Shown: one piece after another, positions 1 through 13,065 of the stretch
How positions within the stretch are numbered: position 1 is the stretch's first letter
Layout: each line of letters starts with the position of its first letter
From: Mizuhopecten yessoensis
Lineage: Eukaryota
Direction of reading: 5' to 3'
NCBI RefSeq assembly: GCF_002113885.1
Contig: NW_018408893.1
Location: forward strand, 427,073-491,072
DNA: 64,000 nt
Notes under the pieces: model-generated
Databases searched by the model: none
What the model was told of the DNA's origin: nothing
Seen by the model: only the letters and a program-made list of their open reading frames with translations
Position numbers and translations under genes: made by a program

Positions 1-2437
1 GCTCCAGTGTTGCCAAATTCAGTAACCATTAGGAAATCAAAAAGATGACATCTAAAAAATCGTCCAAACAGGCATTTAATATGCGTTTATAGTGACATGA
101 AATGACACTTTAGTAGGATGGCTAATATAAATTTGTTATGTTCTGGCTAAGTCATTCTGGTAAGGTTATTATAATTACTGTATATATTATTTCACTAATA
201 TGGAGCTATATTGCACAATATTTCGTTTACGATACGCCTAACCCCAACGGTTTTATAAGTGTTTGATATCCAGAAGTATCGCCATACTTTTTTCAATATG
301 TTGTATTGATTGATACCAAAGCGGCAATAAGGTATACAATTTTGTTTTGCAATGATGAAAGGGTATTTTAGAAATACTTATCTGAAATTTCAACATATAG
401 GAACCCCTTACAACTCATCGTCATATTAAACCACTGACTATATACTCCTATGAGTAATATGTACTCCATATTTCTATGAACATGTAATAATTTACGTTTT
501 TTCTTTATATTTTAATGTCTTTATACGAAATAGAAAACCATTGCATACCAATTACTAAAACTAAGAAAAGCGTAAAAAAACCCACATACTTTGAAGTCTG
601 AATTGACAAACCAGAGTAAAATATGAATTAAGAAAAATTTGCATACATAACTCTGAAAAAGAATAATGGGAATAAGACCAGGTGTTTCTGAAGGGTAACC
701 ACCCTCCATTACAAATACAAGTATGAAGTCGTATCAGCGGAGAAACCATTTGTAACCCTGGTCTTTAAATAGCATTACATGAACTGCCACATTAAGAGTT
801 TGTTTTGTCGGATAAAGCTGGTAATCCTACACACAGGTAAACTTTATTGACATTTCCTTAAGATGACTTATCAACCAAACAAAAATCCTTCTAAAATCAA
901 ACAAGGTTTCGGATACAAAAAAACTTTTTTGTTTTATTCTGGGTCTAAATCCTTCACCGATCCATTCATAACAACAATTTATTGAAGTAGTTAACAATGG
1001 CAAAACTCGTTAGTGACAAACAAACTTTCTAGATTCGGCAGGAGACATCAAGGTGAAAACACTTATCCTTCCGGAGCATCTGGTTCCGCCTCATTTTTTG
1101 GGGGTAAGCATCTCCGATTGCTTTTTCGTATCGATTGTCAGTTCTGTTTTAGTCTCATATATATATATTTTCTATTTTATTTCTTAAGCGTGTTGATCGT
1201 TTTTTGTTTAAAAAAGAAACATTTTGTATTGCTTATTTCTGATGTGTTAAACTTCATATTCTAAAACAAAGTCTAAATAAAACACTTATATATGTCAGCT
1301 GATGTACATTTTGTATGTTTACAATTGCTATTTCACTGCTTTTAAACTGATTACTGTCTTTATTTTCATGAACGACTGATAGCTACAGTGCACGTACACT
1401 TAAATAGGTCGACTCACAATCAAGCACGATATAACATCATTTAAGATAATAGTCCAGATAAGAGGCTCAGCGCGGTATGTTGTGTCTTAAACAAAGATAT
1501 TCATTTTGCTCAGCTTTTTTTTTTTGACATAAGCTCGTCCATTTACTATAGCTAAGAGTCATACAGATTGTTTTTTTATATAATTTTCTTTTTACAGAAA
1601 TGCCTCCATCTCGGGTATTTAACAATTGAAACAGAAGGGAGCTTCTGTTTGTTTTGCGTATATAGGATAAATCAAACAAGAAATAACTTGTCTGGGCCAA
1701 CAGTCGAACAGTTGGTGGGACTTTACTTATATATGTGCAACCACAGTAAATTTCTATTCTGCAGCTCTAACATGTAATGAAAGAACTGCAGAAAAGATAA
1801 TGCTGATAGCCATTTGAATACCACCGTTTTATGCCACTCTTTCTATATATTATACATTGCTGGTCCTTGATCACACATTTCTAGCATGTAACAATACGTT
1901 ATGTTCTATACAGTACATTTCACCTAATATCACGTCTGTTTATGTCACTTTTCGGTTAGTATCATGTTTTTTTGATGCACCGTTTTTCCTGCTATATAAT
2001 CTATGCAATTCAATTATTTTATTATCACCTGATTTTATGTCGATTTCTTTTGGCCACTGTCACAAAAAAATACAGGTAAATGGTGGTAATGATTCATGAT
2101 AAATGCCCTGGGGACCTTCTGTCACACCCTCAGTGACCCTGGACCCATTATGTAAACAATGCCTCGGCCTAACAGGGTATTTTTTACACCTGGCTGACTG
2201 TCAAACAATAGGTTACACCTGGCTGACTGTTAAACAATAGGTTGACTTACATACTTGTTAACATGATATTTACCTGTGGTTGGGGGAGCTAGGACAGTCT
2301 AACATCTGTAAACTTTTCTAATGCCAAGTGTGATGTATTCTTTCAACTAATTATAACATGTGTACTATCTTCGATTACACACTTGCAGCAAATATCTAAG
2401 GAAATTAACCTATAAAAAGATGTTACTAGCGAAAGAA

Positions 2438-3139
2438 NNNNNNNNNNNNNNNNNNNNNNNNNNNNNNNNNNNNNNNNNNNNNNNNNNNNNNNNNNNNNNN
2501 NNNNNNNNNNNNNNNNNNNNNNNNNNNNNNNNNNNNNNNNNNNNNNNNNNNNNNNNNNNNNNNNNNNNNNNNNNNNNNNNNNNNNNNNNNNNNNNNNNNN
2601 NNNNNNNNNNNNNNNNNNNNNNNNNNNNNNNNNNNNNNNNNNNNNNNNNNNNNNNNNNNNNNNNNNNNNNNNNNNNNNNNNNNNNNNNNNNNNNNNNNNN
2701 NNNNNNNNNNNNNNNNNNNNNNNNNNNNNNNNNNNNNNNNNNNNNNNNNNNNNNNNNNNNNNNNNNNNNNNNNNNNNNNNNNNNNNNNNNNNNNNNNNNN
2801 NNNNNNNNNNNNNNNNNNNNNNNNNNNNNNNNNNNNNNNNNNNNNNNNNNNNNNNNNNNNNNNNNNNNNNNNNNNNNNNNNNNNNNNNNNNNNNNNNNNN
2901 NNNNNNNNNNNNNNNNNNNNNNNNNNNNNNNNNNNNNNNNNNNNNNNNNNNNNNNNNNNNNNNNNNNNNNNNNNNNNNNNNNNNNNNNNNNNNNNNNNNN
3001 NNNNNNNNNNNNNNNNNNNNNNNNNNNNNNNNNNNNNNNNNNNNNNNNNNNNNNNNNNNNNNNNNNNNNNNNNNNNNNNNNNNNNNNNNNNNNNNNNNNN
3101 NNNNNNNNNNNNNNNNNNNNNNNNNNNNNNNNNNNNNNN
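2438..3139. other. Assembly gap (N run) with duplicated flanks
   Basis: Run of N. About 2168-2437 is repeated almost exactly at about 3140-3408 (visible difference gatatttacctg vs gatattcacctg). Confidence 0.95.
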
Positions 3140-3850
3140 CCTAACAGGGTATTTTTTACACCTGGCTGACTGTCAAACAATAGGTTACACCTGGCTGACT
3201 GTTAAACAATAGGTTGACTTACATACTTGTTAACATGATATTCACCTGTGGTTGGGGGAGCTAGGACAGTCTAACATCTGTAAACTTTTCTAATGCCAAG
3301 TGTGATGTATTCTTTCAACTAATTATAACATGTGTACTATCTTCGATTACACACTTGCAGCAAATATCTAAGGAAATTAACCTATAAAAAGATGTTACTA
3401 GCGAAAGAAAGTATATATATCAAGATATAGGTAAATATTTACCAAGTCTCATGTTTACAATTGAATTTGAGGCAGAATACCAGCCAAACACATGTATGCC
3501 TACATCACTACTGCAGTAAACAATCATATTAATTACAATCGTACTAATCGTCATTTTGCTACTAACTATATGAAATGTATAACTGCTTACTGAAATGAAA
3601 TACAAATAATATATTTATTTCTACTTATTTACTTATATCTATATTTCAACTAGGGTAAAGAACAAGGTTAGTTACAAAATATCAATCTTCTTCGTATAGC
3701 CACATCACTTAGGCATTTGACTAAGTTCACTTCCGGTTTTGAGGGCTGAAAAACATCAGAAAATATGTATTCTGTTGATGTCATGGTTCTGTTAATATCA
3801 TGTTTTTCTCTGACAAATGGGAAGTGATATTAAGAGAAATCTACTGTACT

Positions 3851-4886
3851 ACAAGAGATCCCAGAGGGATCTTGTCGCCAACCATTGTACCATCTTCATT
3901 AGTTCTTTGTCAGTTTGATCTTTTCTCTTCTTTTCTCTTATTCGTTTAAACGAATCATGTTAACAGAAAATGCACCTTGAGGTAACTTTTGACCTAATCT
4001 TAATATTGCTGTGTATAAAAGACAACCTTCAAAGTGAGTTTGTCATTTCACATATTTACTAGTACAGTACTTAATGTGAAAGAAATAGAACCGATCATTG
4101 CAATATGAGAAAGATCTGTTAAGTTCTACCTTCAGTCATTTTGTTTTTATGATCAGTCTCAAAATAAAACATGCACAACTAAGGATTAAGGGGAACCTAC
4201 ATATCAAATTTGATAAAAGAATTCTCCAGTACTTCCTGTGAAATAGCACTAGCTTATCCGATCAGTCTATTAAGAAAATATGCACAACTACAAATGAGAA
4301 AGATCTCTCCAGTTCTTATTGAGAAATAGCGATTACAAACCTTCACTGTCAATATCCAAGATGGCTGCATGTCGGCCATTTTATTAATCTCATCAGTCTC
4401 AAAATTAAACATGAACAACAACAGACCAAGGAAACCTACATATCAAATTTGGGAAAGATCCCTCTGGTACTTCCGGAGAAATAGCGATTAGAAACCTTTA
4501 ATGTCACAATTCAAGATGGTGGCCTGTCGGCTATTTTGTTTATCCGATTAGTTTCAAAATTAAACATGCACAACTACACACTAAGGAACCTACATGTCAA
4601 AATTGAGAAAGATCTCTTCAGCACTTATTGAGGAATAGCGAAAACAAACCTTCACTTTCAAATTCCAAGATGGCTGCCTGTCGGCCATTTTGTTTATCTG
4701 ATCAGTCTCAAAAGTAAATATGCACAACAAGGGACCAAAGGGAACCTACATTTAAAATTTGAGAAAGATCCCTCTGGTACTTCCTGAGAAATAGCGATGA
4801 CAATAATTGTTTAAGGACAGACGACAGAAGGACCACGGACGCAGGGTGATTTGAATAGCCCACCATCATCTGATGGTGGGCTAAAA
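3851..4886 (+). mobile_element. Non-autonomous Helentron/HINE-like element with internal ~154-bp tandem repeats
   Basis: Starts ACAAGAG plus the palindrome GATCCCAGAGGGATC. Internal repeat motif gatcagtctc...atgcacaact...ggaacctacat...gagaaagatc recurs at about 4151, 4260, 4391, 4546 and 4700. A GACA/ACGG-rich microsatellite at about 4816-4840 is followed by the terminal hairpin AGCCCACCATCA-TC-TGATGGTGGGCT (4857-4882) and an A run. This is the typical HINE layout. Confidence 0.75.
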
Positions 4887-7623
4887 ATGAGCAATGTAAT
4901 ACTTCTTTTTTCAAAATGGACAAATATTTCATTACATGAAAACAACCATTCTAAACGTTGTATGCAGTATTAGTAATAAATGCATATATATATATTATAC
5001 TTTTAACATTGCTTGAAGTACACAATATTCTATTTGATGTTTGTTAGAATATACAAAATGTTTACATATATATCTTAAATATAATATTTTTTTTCCAAAA
5101 TTTGTTCAGATATTTCTAAACATTTTCTTTCCAAAGTTCAATGATACATTATAGATTTAGATAATTTCTTTATTCAAGTACATCAACTGATATACATGTA
5201 TTCTCTTTCGCCAGCGTTAATCATACATTTTGGAGATAGTTCTTTGTGTTTCTTACAATTTACCTCCTTTAAAAAACTACTCCATGAACTCTTTTATTTA
5301 ATTTTATTGTTCAAGTGTAATTGTATACTGTTTTGAATAATTATAAATTTTGCTGATAGGCAATTCATTATATTGTACTTTTCAAATTACATATACATTT
5401 TCCTGTTAACTAATTTATACAGGTAACATATGTTCTATGCAAGGTGAAGACATATGTACATATGTGACACCAAATTTGTATATATCTGCACTATAAACAT
5501 TACAACACTACCGCTACACCGGTTACATACAAGTTCATTAATGATAATCAATGCTGTCGGACTGTCACTATAGGTACATAGGCGAGTCATATGAATAAAT
5601 AAATCAGAACTAACTTGTACAATAAAATGCCAATAGAAATTTAAGCAGACTCAATTAAATTAATTCATTATATTTTGACAAGAGGTAAATTTCAATAATC
5701 ATGTATATATTTTAACATCAGTTTCAACAAATATCAGAAGATTTTATAGTTAACATCATATATATATATACTTTCAAATTTTGTTCAAGGTAAATAAAAG
5801 TAACTATATTTCTATAGTCAATACAAATAGAAATATTTTTAGCAAAAAAAGTCAATTGCAACGGGTTCGAGATGAGTTCTTTTTTTTATCTTCCAAATGT
5901 ATGTTTCGCCTGTATCGCGCTTTGACCATTAATGCACATGTCAAGTTTGGTTGCTCTGAAACTAACATAAAGGCAAAAATTCATGTTGATAGGCATGCTG
6001 ACAAAGTCAATGGACCATAAAAGGTAGGCCGCATCCAGCATTTGATGCATGGGTTGAGATGTACTACCTATGAGCATGCATGGTTCAAATTTGATTAGTC
6101 TAGCACATATATATACTTTTAGTGAAACTAACTTAAATGCAAAAACTTAATGTTGAAGCAGTCGCCAGAAAAGCAACACCTTAGTCTTGCTTCAGTTACT
6201 TTGTAGCGGCGAGACAATAAATAAAACCCAACTCATCCTGAGCTTATTTCGATGGATTTTTAAATACTTAATATTTCCCTATTTCTCACAATCACAATTG
6301 TACTTCATACCATGCCAGGTGGTATCCAAGCAAGGGATGAGGGAACCAACCAATGGTTATAAGTGACTAAAAAAAACATGTCAACACTCATGTTTCCACT
6401 GCCTCAGCTATTAAATTATATTTTTCTGCATTGACAATTTGAACTTTACTAGAGGAAGCACGAAAGATCTGCTATTGTGTATCTGAAATGACTTTACATT
6501 TGATATAGGTAAACACTTACCAATTAATTCTGAAAGTTGGCTTCAGATTCAATTCAACGAGACATCTGTCATTTAGTGGTATTTATTTTTTTTCATTTGC
6601 CATCGTAATCAAAAATGATTTTGGCCAACCAGAACCAGCTAAAACACATGTACCCTCTATGTTGATGGCGTTATGTACCAAGGTTCATGTAGTACATGTA
6701 TTGGTAAATTGACAAGATATCAAATGTTCTTCAATACTTAAAAACTAAAACCAACCAAAAATCATTAATAATGTACATTCTATTGGGCTTTCATTAATAT
6801 AAGCTGTTATTAACAGGAATCCAGAGTCATTTAATTTTAAGCCTATACATCAAATATTTCAATACTTTTCCATAAAGACAACATTTGAATAACAGATAGC
6901 TATCTAATGGGTTCTCTAGCTAGTCACTTAGAAAGTTTAGAAAAATATTTGATTATGTAGAATCAAAATTTTATGCTAAAAGCAGAAATATGATTCCATT
7001 AATTATATTCAAGTCATGAAAAAGAAACATACCGATAATTAACAAGTTGTTATAAAATAAAATTAATACTTTTGATTAATAAATTTCCAGGGGAAGATTA
7101 TATATAATGAAAGCCTAAAGAATCATGACTTGTGTTTACTTCACTAAATATCAAACGGATGAGAAATCTAAAACTGAAATTACCCATGATCAGCCACAAT
7201 GAAAACAAGGTTGTAGCGATAGGAAATTAATTTTTAAAAAAACCCATTCAGTTGGGCTAGTATATTCCTATTTTACTACTCCTTGCTCAAATTCAACTAA
7301 CCCAATATTACTGGTACTCATCATGTTAAGTAACAATAAATTTTGACAGGTCAATTGGGCTTGCAGTTTTTTGGACCACTTGATCTCTGCTGGAGGTTTT
7401 ACTGGTCTGACAATCGGGCTACTCTTATTGATGAGCCCTGTTGTAGATCATAAACAAACATCAATCAGAAAAGAATATGAATGTGAAATCTAAAGCTGAA
7501 ATTATTCATGATCAGCCACAATGAAAGCCAGTTTGTAGATAATGAACACACATCAATCGGAATAGACAGCAGCATTATTTTAGTGTTGTGTACATGCTGC
7601 AGCTCTAGGAAATGCTTTGCTTC

Positions 7624-9684
7624 TCAAAATTCTTCAACATCTTCCTCGTTACATGTGAACAAGAGGCCAGGAATTTGTCCAATCTTTACATCCGTTCCAT
7701 TCCTGCTGTATTTCGACTTAATGAAGCTGAATTGTACAGAACCCACAGACACCGACGACATGCCATTCTTTCCCTGGTAAGTGTCAAGTCCCTCGGAACT
7801 GATGAGTTTAACAACCAGAATATGTTTTTTGCCCTTGGGTATTTCAATGGGGACCTCCAACAGGACGGGATATGTGTGTTGACTTTCACTCGTCTTTAGT
7901 GAAGTTCGACGTGACACAATCTCCTTCTCAGTATTGTCATACACTGAACAGGTGACATCGTACACACCTTCACCAATATAAGATCCATAAACCAGTACAC
8001 CGTTTAACTGTATTGTTCTGTTACATGTGAAAGCGACAGCGTCAGGCTCCCCACCACAATACCAAGACCCATCCTCGTACACCGTCCGATACCTCATACA
8101 GGTCTGTATCGGACGTGTGTCCGAGTCACTATGGAACGAATCACTGCCTGAAGAAGTGTTATTTACAAATCTGTTACGTGTGAGAAAAGTTTCAACCTTT
8201 GATCCAGTCTTATAAAAGAATTTGAACAATTCCACTTTTTCTGTATCGTTTAAGATTTCCATGTCAGCGACTATGTCGGTGAAGTATTTCTCTCCTAACA
8301 GAGGAAATCTGATCTGGTACAGGAGGGGTCCCAGGGCCTTTCTTATGTTGGCTGGGGACACCTCCCAGTCCTTTCTCTCACATTCCCTAGTTGCCCACTT
8401 CTCAGCACAATTAAGAACAGTCTTTTCATCTACCTGTATCTCGTCAGATATGAGGATACACATCAGAGAGGTGGGACTGAGTTCCAGGAAGTCCTCTGAC
8501 TGTATGACATCCTTGGCATGACTACAAATGTAGTCCATACACTTCCTTTCCAGGTCCTTCTCGTCGTACATGTGAGCCTGCTCCAGGATGGCACATATAT
8601 TCTCTGATGACTGATCTAGCTCTAGATATTGTATACATTTTCTAACTAGGGATTGGATGGAGTATTTCTTGGCTGCATACAACAGAGGTAAGACCATATA
8701 TGGCTGTATGTCTAATTCCTCACAGTACAGAAACCTAAGAAAACAAAAACACAAGCAAAAAATAGGAATTTGTAAAGTTTAAATCCTCAAAATGTATTTG
8801 AGACTTTACCTAGAATTTTAAGAACCAGTATAATTTGGAATGACCGGGTACAGTATTTAAAAAACTTATATTTAGTGTTTATTTTCTTTTGCTATCTTTC
8901 AGATATTGATTTTTAAACACTTAAGTACATTTTATTCATTCGATTAGTTTTGGTAGTTTTAAAAGTGCTAGATGAAAGATTTTTGTAATTTCCACAAACC
9001 TGATCAATCATTTGAACAGCAGAACAGTAAAAGCATGAGTGTATATAAGTGATTGTAAGCCTTTGATTTTGTTTCACAATTATAACTAATACTATGTTGT
9101 AAAGTGCTTTAGAGTAATTTTACAAATTATATATAGGGCGCTATATAAATGTTGTATATTACTATTATTATAAATAAATATCATGGTAATGATCAAGATT
9201 AACTATTCACAATTATTCATACATAGGATACCAAACAATATATGGGATGAAATTAACACATAATCAAGAATTTTTATGAGTTTTCTGTTAATATCATAAA
9301 TGTACATGCAATAAGTCACACTAAATAAGAACAGGTAACATTTTTTAATAATTTTAAAATGATGCAGAATCTTTAGAATTTTTTTCCATTAAATTAATTC
9401 TCAAACTTCATTAATTCTCAAACTTACATTAAAAGAGCTCTGAATATCTCTGGTTCTATATCAGGCAGAGCAATATCAGAGCTTGTCTCAGCAAGTGGTC
9501 CACAGAACATAGAGTAGAACACACAGCTCCTACTGATCAGGACATACTTGTGAACAGGAATGCGTACACGATCCTCTCCGACAAGGAAGTGTACATCACA
9601 AGCAATCTGATTTGTCAACATGTATCGGTTACAGGCCAGTGTACTCTTGTTTGACTGCCAATCTTCTACAGTAACCCCCGCCAT
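7624..9684 (-). CDS. BTB/POZ-BACK-PHR domain protein (BTBD1/2/3/6 family, Cul3 adaptor), about 455 aa, two coding exons
   Basis: Exons 9684-9428 and 8734-7624. Donor AT|gtaagt and acceptor ttttcttag|G give in-frame ...RALLM-FLYCEE. BTB motifs CDVHFLVG, HKYVLISRSCVFYSMFCGPL, LLYAAKKY. BACK motifs WATRECER and QIRFPLL. C-terminal PHR-like region WYCGGEPDAVAF...GTDVKIGQIPGLLF. An acceptor at 9696-9695 just upstream of the ATG implies a non-coding first exon. Confidence 0.93.
9090..9172 (+). mobile_element. 3' tail of an L2-type LINE/SINE
   Basis: tgtaaagtgctttagag...ggcgctatataaatg...tattactattatta matches the characteristic L2 3'-end motif plus (TTA)n tail. Lies in the BTB gene intron. Confidence 0.55.
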
Positions 9685-9793
9685 CGCTCAGGGTCTAAAA
9701 CAGAAAGGATAAAGCATCAATTCTCATTAAAAATGATGTCCAATTGTAATAGGATGGAAGTAGTTAAAAGCTCACACGTTTGCTGGGCATCAA

Positions 9794-10142
9794 CATCCTC
9801 GATACCCCAGGGGTTACGTATATGCTGACTTTCGCTCTCTGCATGCACCACTGGAATATGTTATAGCAAAATTGAAGGCACATGGCTAGCTATTTGATTG
9901 GTGTCAGGTAAAATAACCTGACCAATCACTAGGCTTATACATGTCCTTTGAAGAGTACAGAGGAGCGACTCCAGACTTCAAAGGCTAGTCAATTTTAATT
10001 TTACCCTTTTGCGACATAAGGATCAAACCCGTCTTCCTTTCTCATCTACAGGGTGGTGCACACTGATCTTTCAATTTTGTCATTATATATTCCATGCGTG
10101 CAGAGAGCAAAAGTGAGCATAACCCTTTGGGTATTGAGGATG
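9794..10142. mobile_element. MITE with long imperfect terminal inverted repeats
   Basis: Left end catcctcgataccc...ctttcgctctctgcatgca...caaaattgaa mirrors right end ttcaattttg...tgcgtgcagagagcaaaag...gggtattgaggatg. A second, truncated copy lies at about 14132-14283. Confidence 0.7.
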
Positions 10143-10813
10143 GGAATCAAAAACGTGATCCCAAAATTTCTAGTCAGACTCTACTGCCGAGCTAAAGGAA
10201 AATTACCCGATGTGGAGGAGGGGTTATAAATACGTTGTCATGCAATTATGTACTATAAATATATTCACTCATCACCTGTTCATGATTTAACTGTGGTGAC
10301 AGATCGTCAGATTACATTGTGTGGTGTATGGTTTATCATGTTGCACCTTGGTGATTGTTTTGTTTTTTACAATATTAATGTACAGAAAAGTTTTCAAGTT
10401 CAACTGATGTTTCTTGTGACTCGAGAAGTTGTGTTAAAGTTTCAGTGCATTGTCAAAAGTCAGACGATATTTCCACCTACAAGAACTGAGGTATATGAAG
10501 ACATTAACATTGTTCCTTGTAATTTGTCTGAGGTTCATGAGGTTGGGCTTTCCCTAGACATTTTCCTGATTGTCTCATATATGCAGCCTTCCCCTGTTTT
10601 TCTTTCAGTTGTTCATAGGAAATTTAAGTGAAAGTAATGAAAGATGTCATCATGAATTGCATTCAAACATGACTGAATTCCAAACCCGATTATATTCAAT
10701 CACCTCTATTAGTCTATAATTCAAAATTGCAGTAGAATATGTTAGGCCTAGGCACCCTTGGTCTCTATACAAATTATGCTATACTGATATGTTTATGTGT
10801 GCTGTCATATCAG

Positions 10814-11049
10814 TGGAACACCAAATTAGCTTATATTTAAATAATTGCACATATCTTTAAATAATGGTACAATAGGTACAATTCAATTGAAGTCATAGGT
10901 GTAATTCAATTGAATATAGGTTCAATTCAATTATAGATAGGTTAAAAATCATATATGACGAATTAAACCTATCTTCAATTGAATTGAACCTGAGTATCTT
11001 TAATTATTTGAATATATTATATGTATATATATGTTAATTTGGTGTTCCA
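10814..11049. mobile_element. MITE with TIRs and internal aggttcaattcaattg repeats
   Basis: TIRs tggaacaccaaattagc and gttaatttggtgttcca. Internal short repeats occur in both orientations and continue to about 11285. Confidence 0.6.
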
Positions 11050-11329
11050 TATTCTATTCAATTAATTGAACCTATCTTCAAATAATTGAAGATAGGTACA
11101 ATTTAATTAAAAATAGATTCAATTCAATTGGAGATAGCCCAAGTTTCCTCTGGACCTAACACCAAACTTAGACATTTTGACATCTATTGGATGTAGCTAG
11201 ATCTATACATAGGTTCAATTCAATTGAGGATATGTTGTATTTGTACCTAGGTTCAATTCAGTTCAATTCATTTGGAGATAGGTAATATAATATAATATTG
11301 ACAAAATTTTACCTGCAGTCTTCAATTAC

Positions 11330-12400
11330 ATTATTCTTCAGCAAAGCTTTTGACAAAGTGTCACACCGTTTGCTATTATACAAACTATATAAATATTCTA
11401 AAATTTTGGCTTGGACTACTGAGTTTCTAAAAGACATGACCCAACGAGTTACAATCAACGGAGCAAAATCCTCAATTTCTTTCAGTCACAAGTGGAGTTC
11501 CCCAGGGAAGTGTCCTTGGCCCGATACTATTCTTGATCTTGTCGTCAATGAAATGCCTGAACTTCTCAGCTGTATAACCAAATTATTTGCGGACGATACC
11601 AAACTCGATTGAAAAACTAGAACAGAATTAGAAAGACAACAACTCCAAATAAACATCAACAAAATAAGTAACTGGACCGGCAGCTAGCACATGAAGCTAA
11701 ACACCAAGAAGTGCGTACATATGGAGATTAGTAACAACCCCAAATCATCAAAATACTATTTGACGCAAGATGGACAAACAACCGAAATAGAGAAAGTAGC
11801 CACAGCAAAGGATCTTGGAGTTCACTTTGACAACACCCGAAAATTCTCAACCCAAGTCAATGCGGCAGTGTCGAAAGCTAACCAAATGTTAGGTAGCTGT
11901 TTCAAACTTTCATTTTTATGGACATAGCTCTTTTTACAACCCTACATACAAGTCCCTTATCGGGGGCGTCCACATCTGGAATACGTACGCTATGCAAGTC
12001 TGGTCACCATACCTAAACAAGGACAAAATAGCTATCGAAAATGTCCAACGAAGAGCCACTAAAAGAGTACTAGAAATACAGAATATGCCCTACCATGAAC
12101 GCCTAAGAACATTAGGTCTACATGATCTCTGGAATACAGGCGTGAGTGGGCAGATGTGGTTGAGTTGTATAAATTTATTGAACGGGATCGACCAGTTAGA
12201 CTACGGGCTGATGTTTTGTCCTACATCACTTAGTATCACTAGAGGGCACTCTAAACAAATATTCAAGAAACCTTTCAGGCTTTACACTAGTAAGAATGTC
12301 TTTAGTAACCGAGTGATCAAGGTCTGGAACAGTCTACCCGAGGAAACTGTGTCGTCAAAAACACTTAACGAGTTCAAGTCAAAGTTAACCACAGGAGCCT
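11330..12400 (+). mobile_element. 5'-truncated, frameshifted CR1-clade LINE reverse transcriptase fragment
   Basis: Motifs spread over broken frames: FSKAFDKVSH, ggagttccccagggaagtgtccttggccc (GVPQGSVLGP), LFADDTKL, KDLGVHFD, VWSPY..KDKIAIENVQRRATK, TRGHS, FSNRVIKVWNSLP. Antisense within the putative first intron of the BTB gene. Confidence 0.92.
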
Positions 12401-12869
12401 GAAGTTCTGTCATTAATAAATAAAATATAAGTAATACAAAAAAGATACCTATAATATGCTGAGGGTATATATATATATAAATATTTTAAATCATACATAA
12501 ATTATTATTATAATAAAAAAGTATTCACAATAAAATATAGTGTAAAAGCTTGATACACTGCAGTAAATAGTTTTAATCCCAACGCAACCGCAGTCCGTTG
12601 ATGGCAGGCTAGTCTGCTAGCAACGTATCAAGTCAGAAGATGATATTTAGACGTCTTCACAAGCTTCCGATCAACGTTCAACAACAACAATATGATATTA
12701 TTTTATTTACATTGCAAGGTTATACTTTTGGTGTCATATTCAAGAGCCTGTGGCGTACTGTAGTTATCAAAATAAGAATTGCTGAAGAAACACTTTCCTG
12801 AAATGTAAATTCATTGTTTAACACGAACAGAAAGCTACCAAAAAAATCTATATCTACCTAGCCTGATTT

Positions 12870-13065
12870 GTGTCTTCGATGGGGCCGCCACTCACCTGCT
12901 GGGCAAGGGAAGTAACTCTCAATTGAAAAACTGTCAAATTAGCGGAATATCGGAACCTCTCGGATGTTTCTATTGCGGGAAAATGAAGAAATACGTTGAT
13001 ATTATGAGCCCGAGACCTTGACCCAACAGATAAGAAGGAAAACTGCAAACTGACACGGTAGGTTA
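12870..13065. promoter_or_regulatory. Putative bidirectional promoter with short non-coding first exons of the BTB gene (-) and ALT (+)
   Basis: Locally CpG-rich. Minus-strand donor CAG|GTGAGT (exon ends 12896) and plus-strand donor ACG|GTAGGT (exon ends 13057) point away from each other. E2F-like GCGGGAAA at 12975-12982. Both flanking genes have a splice acceptor just before their ATG. Confidence 0.55.

Noticed and set aside
2360-3180. Long ORFs 2360-3169 and 2410-3180
   Set aside because: They are open only because they cross the N run.
7508-8521. Plus-strand ORFs overlapping the BTB exon (likewise antisense ORFs over ALT and tyrosinase)
   Set aside because: Shadow ORFs of real coding exons, with no recognisable motifs.
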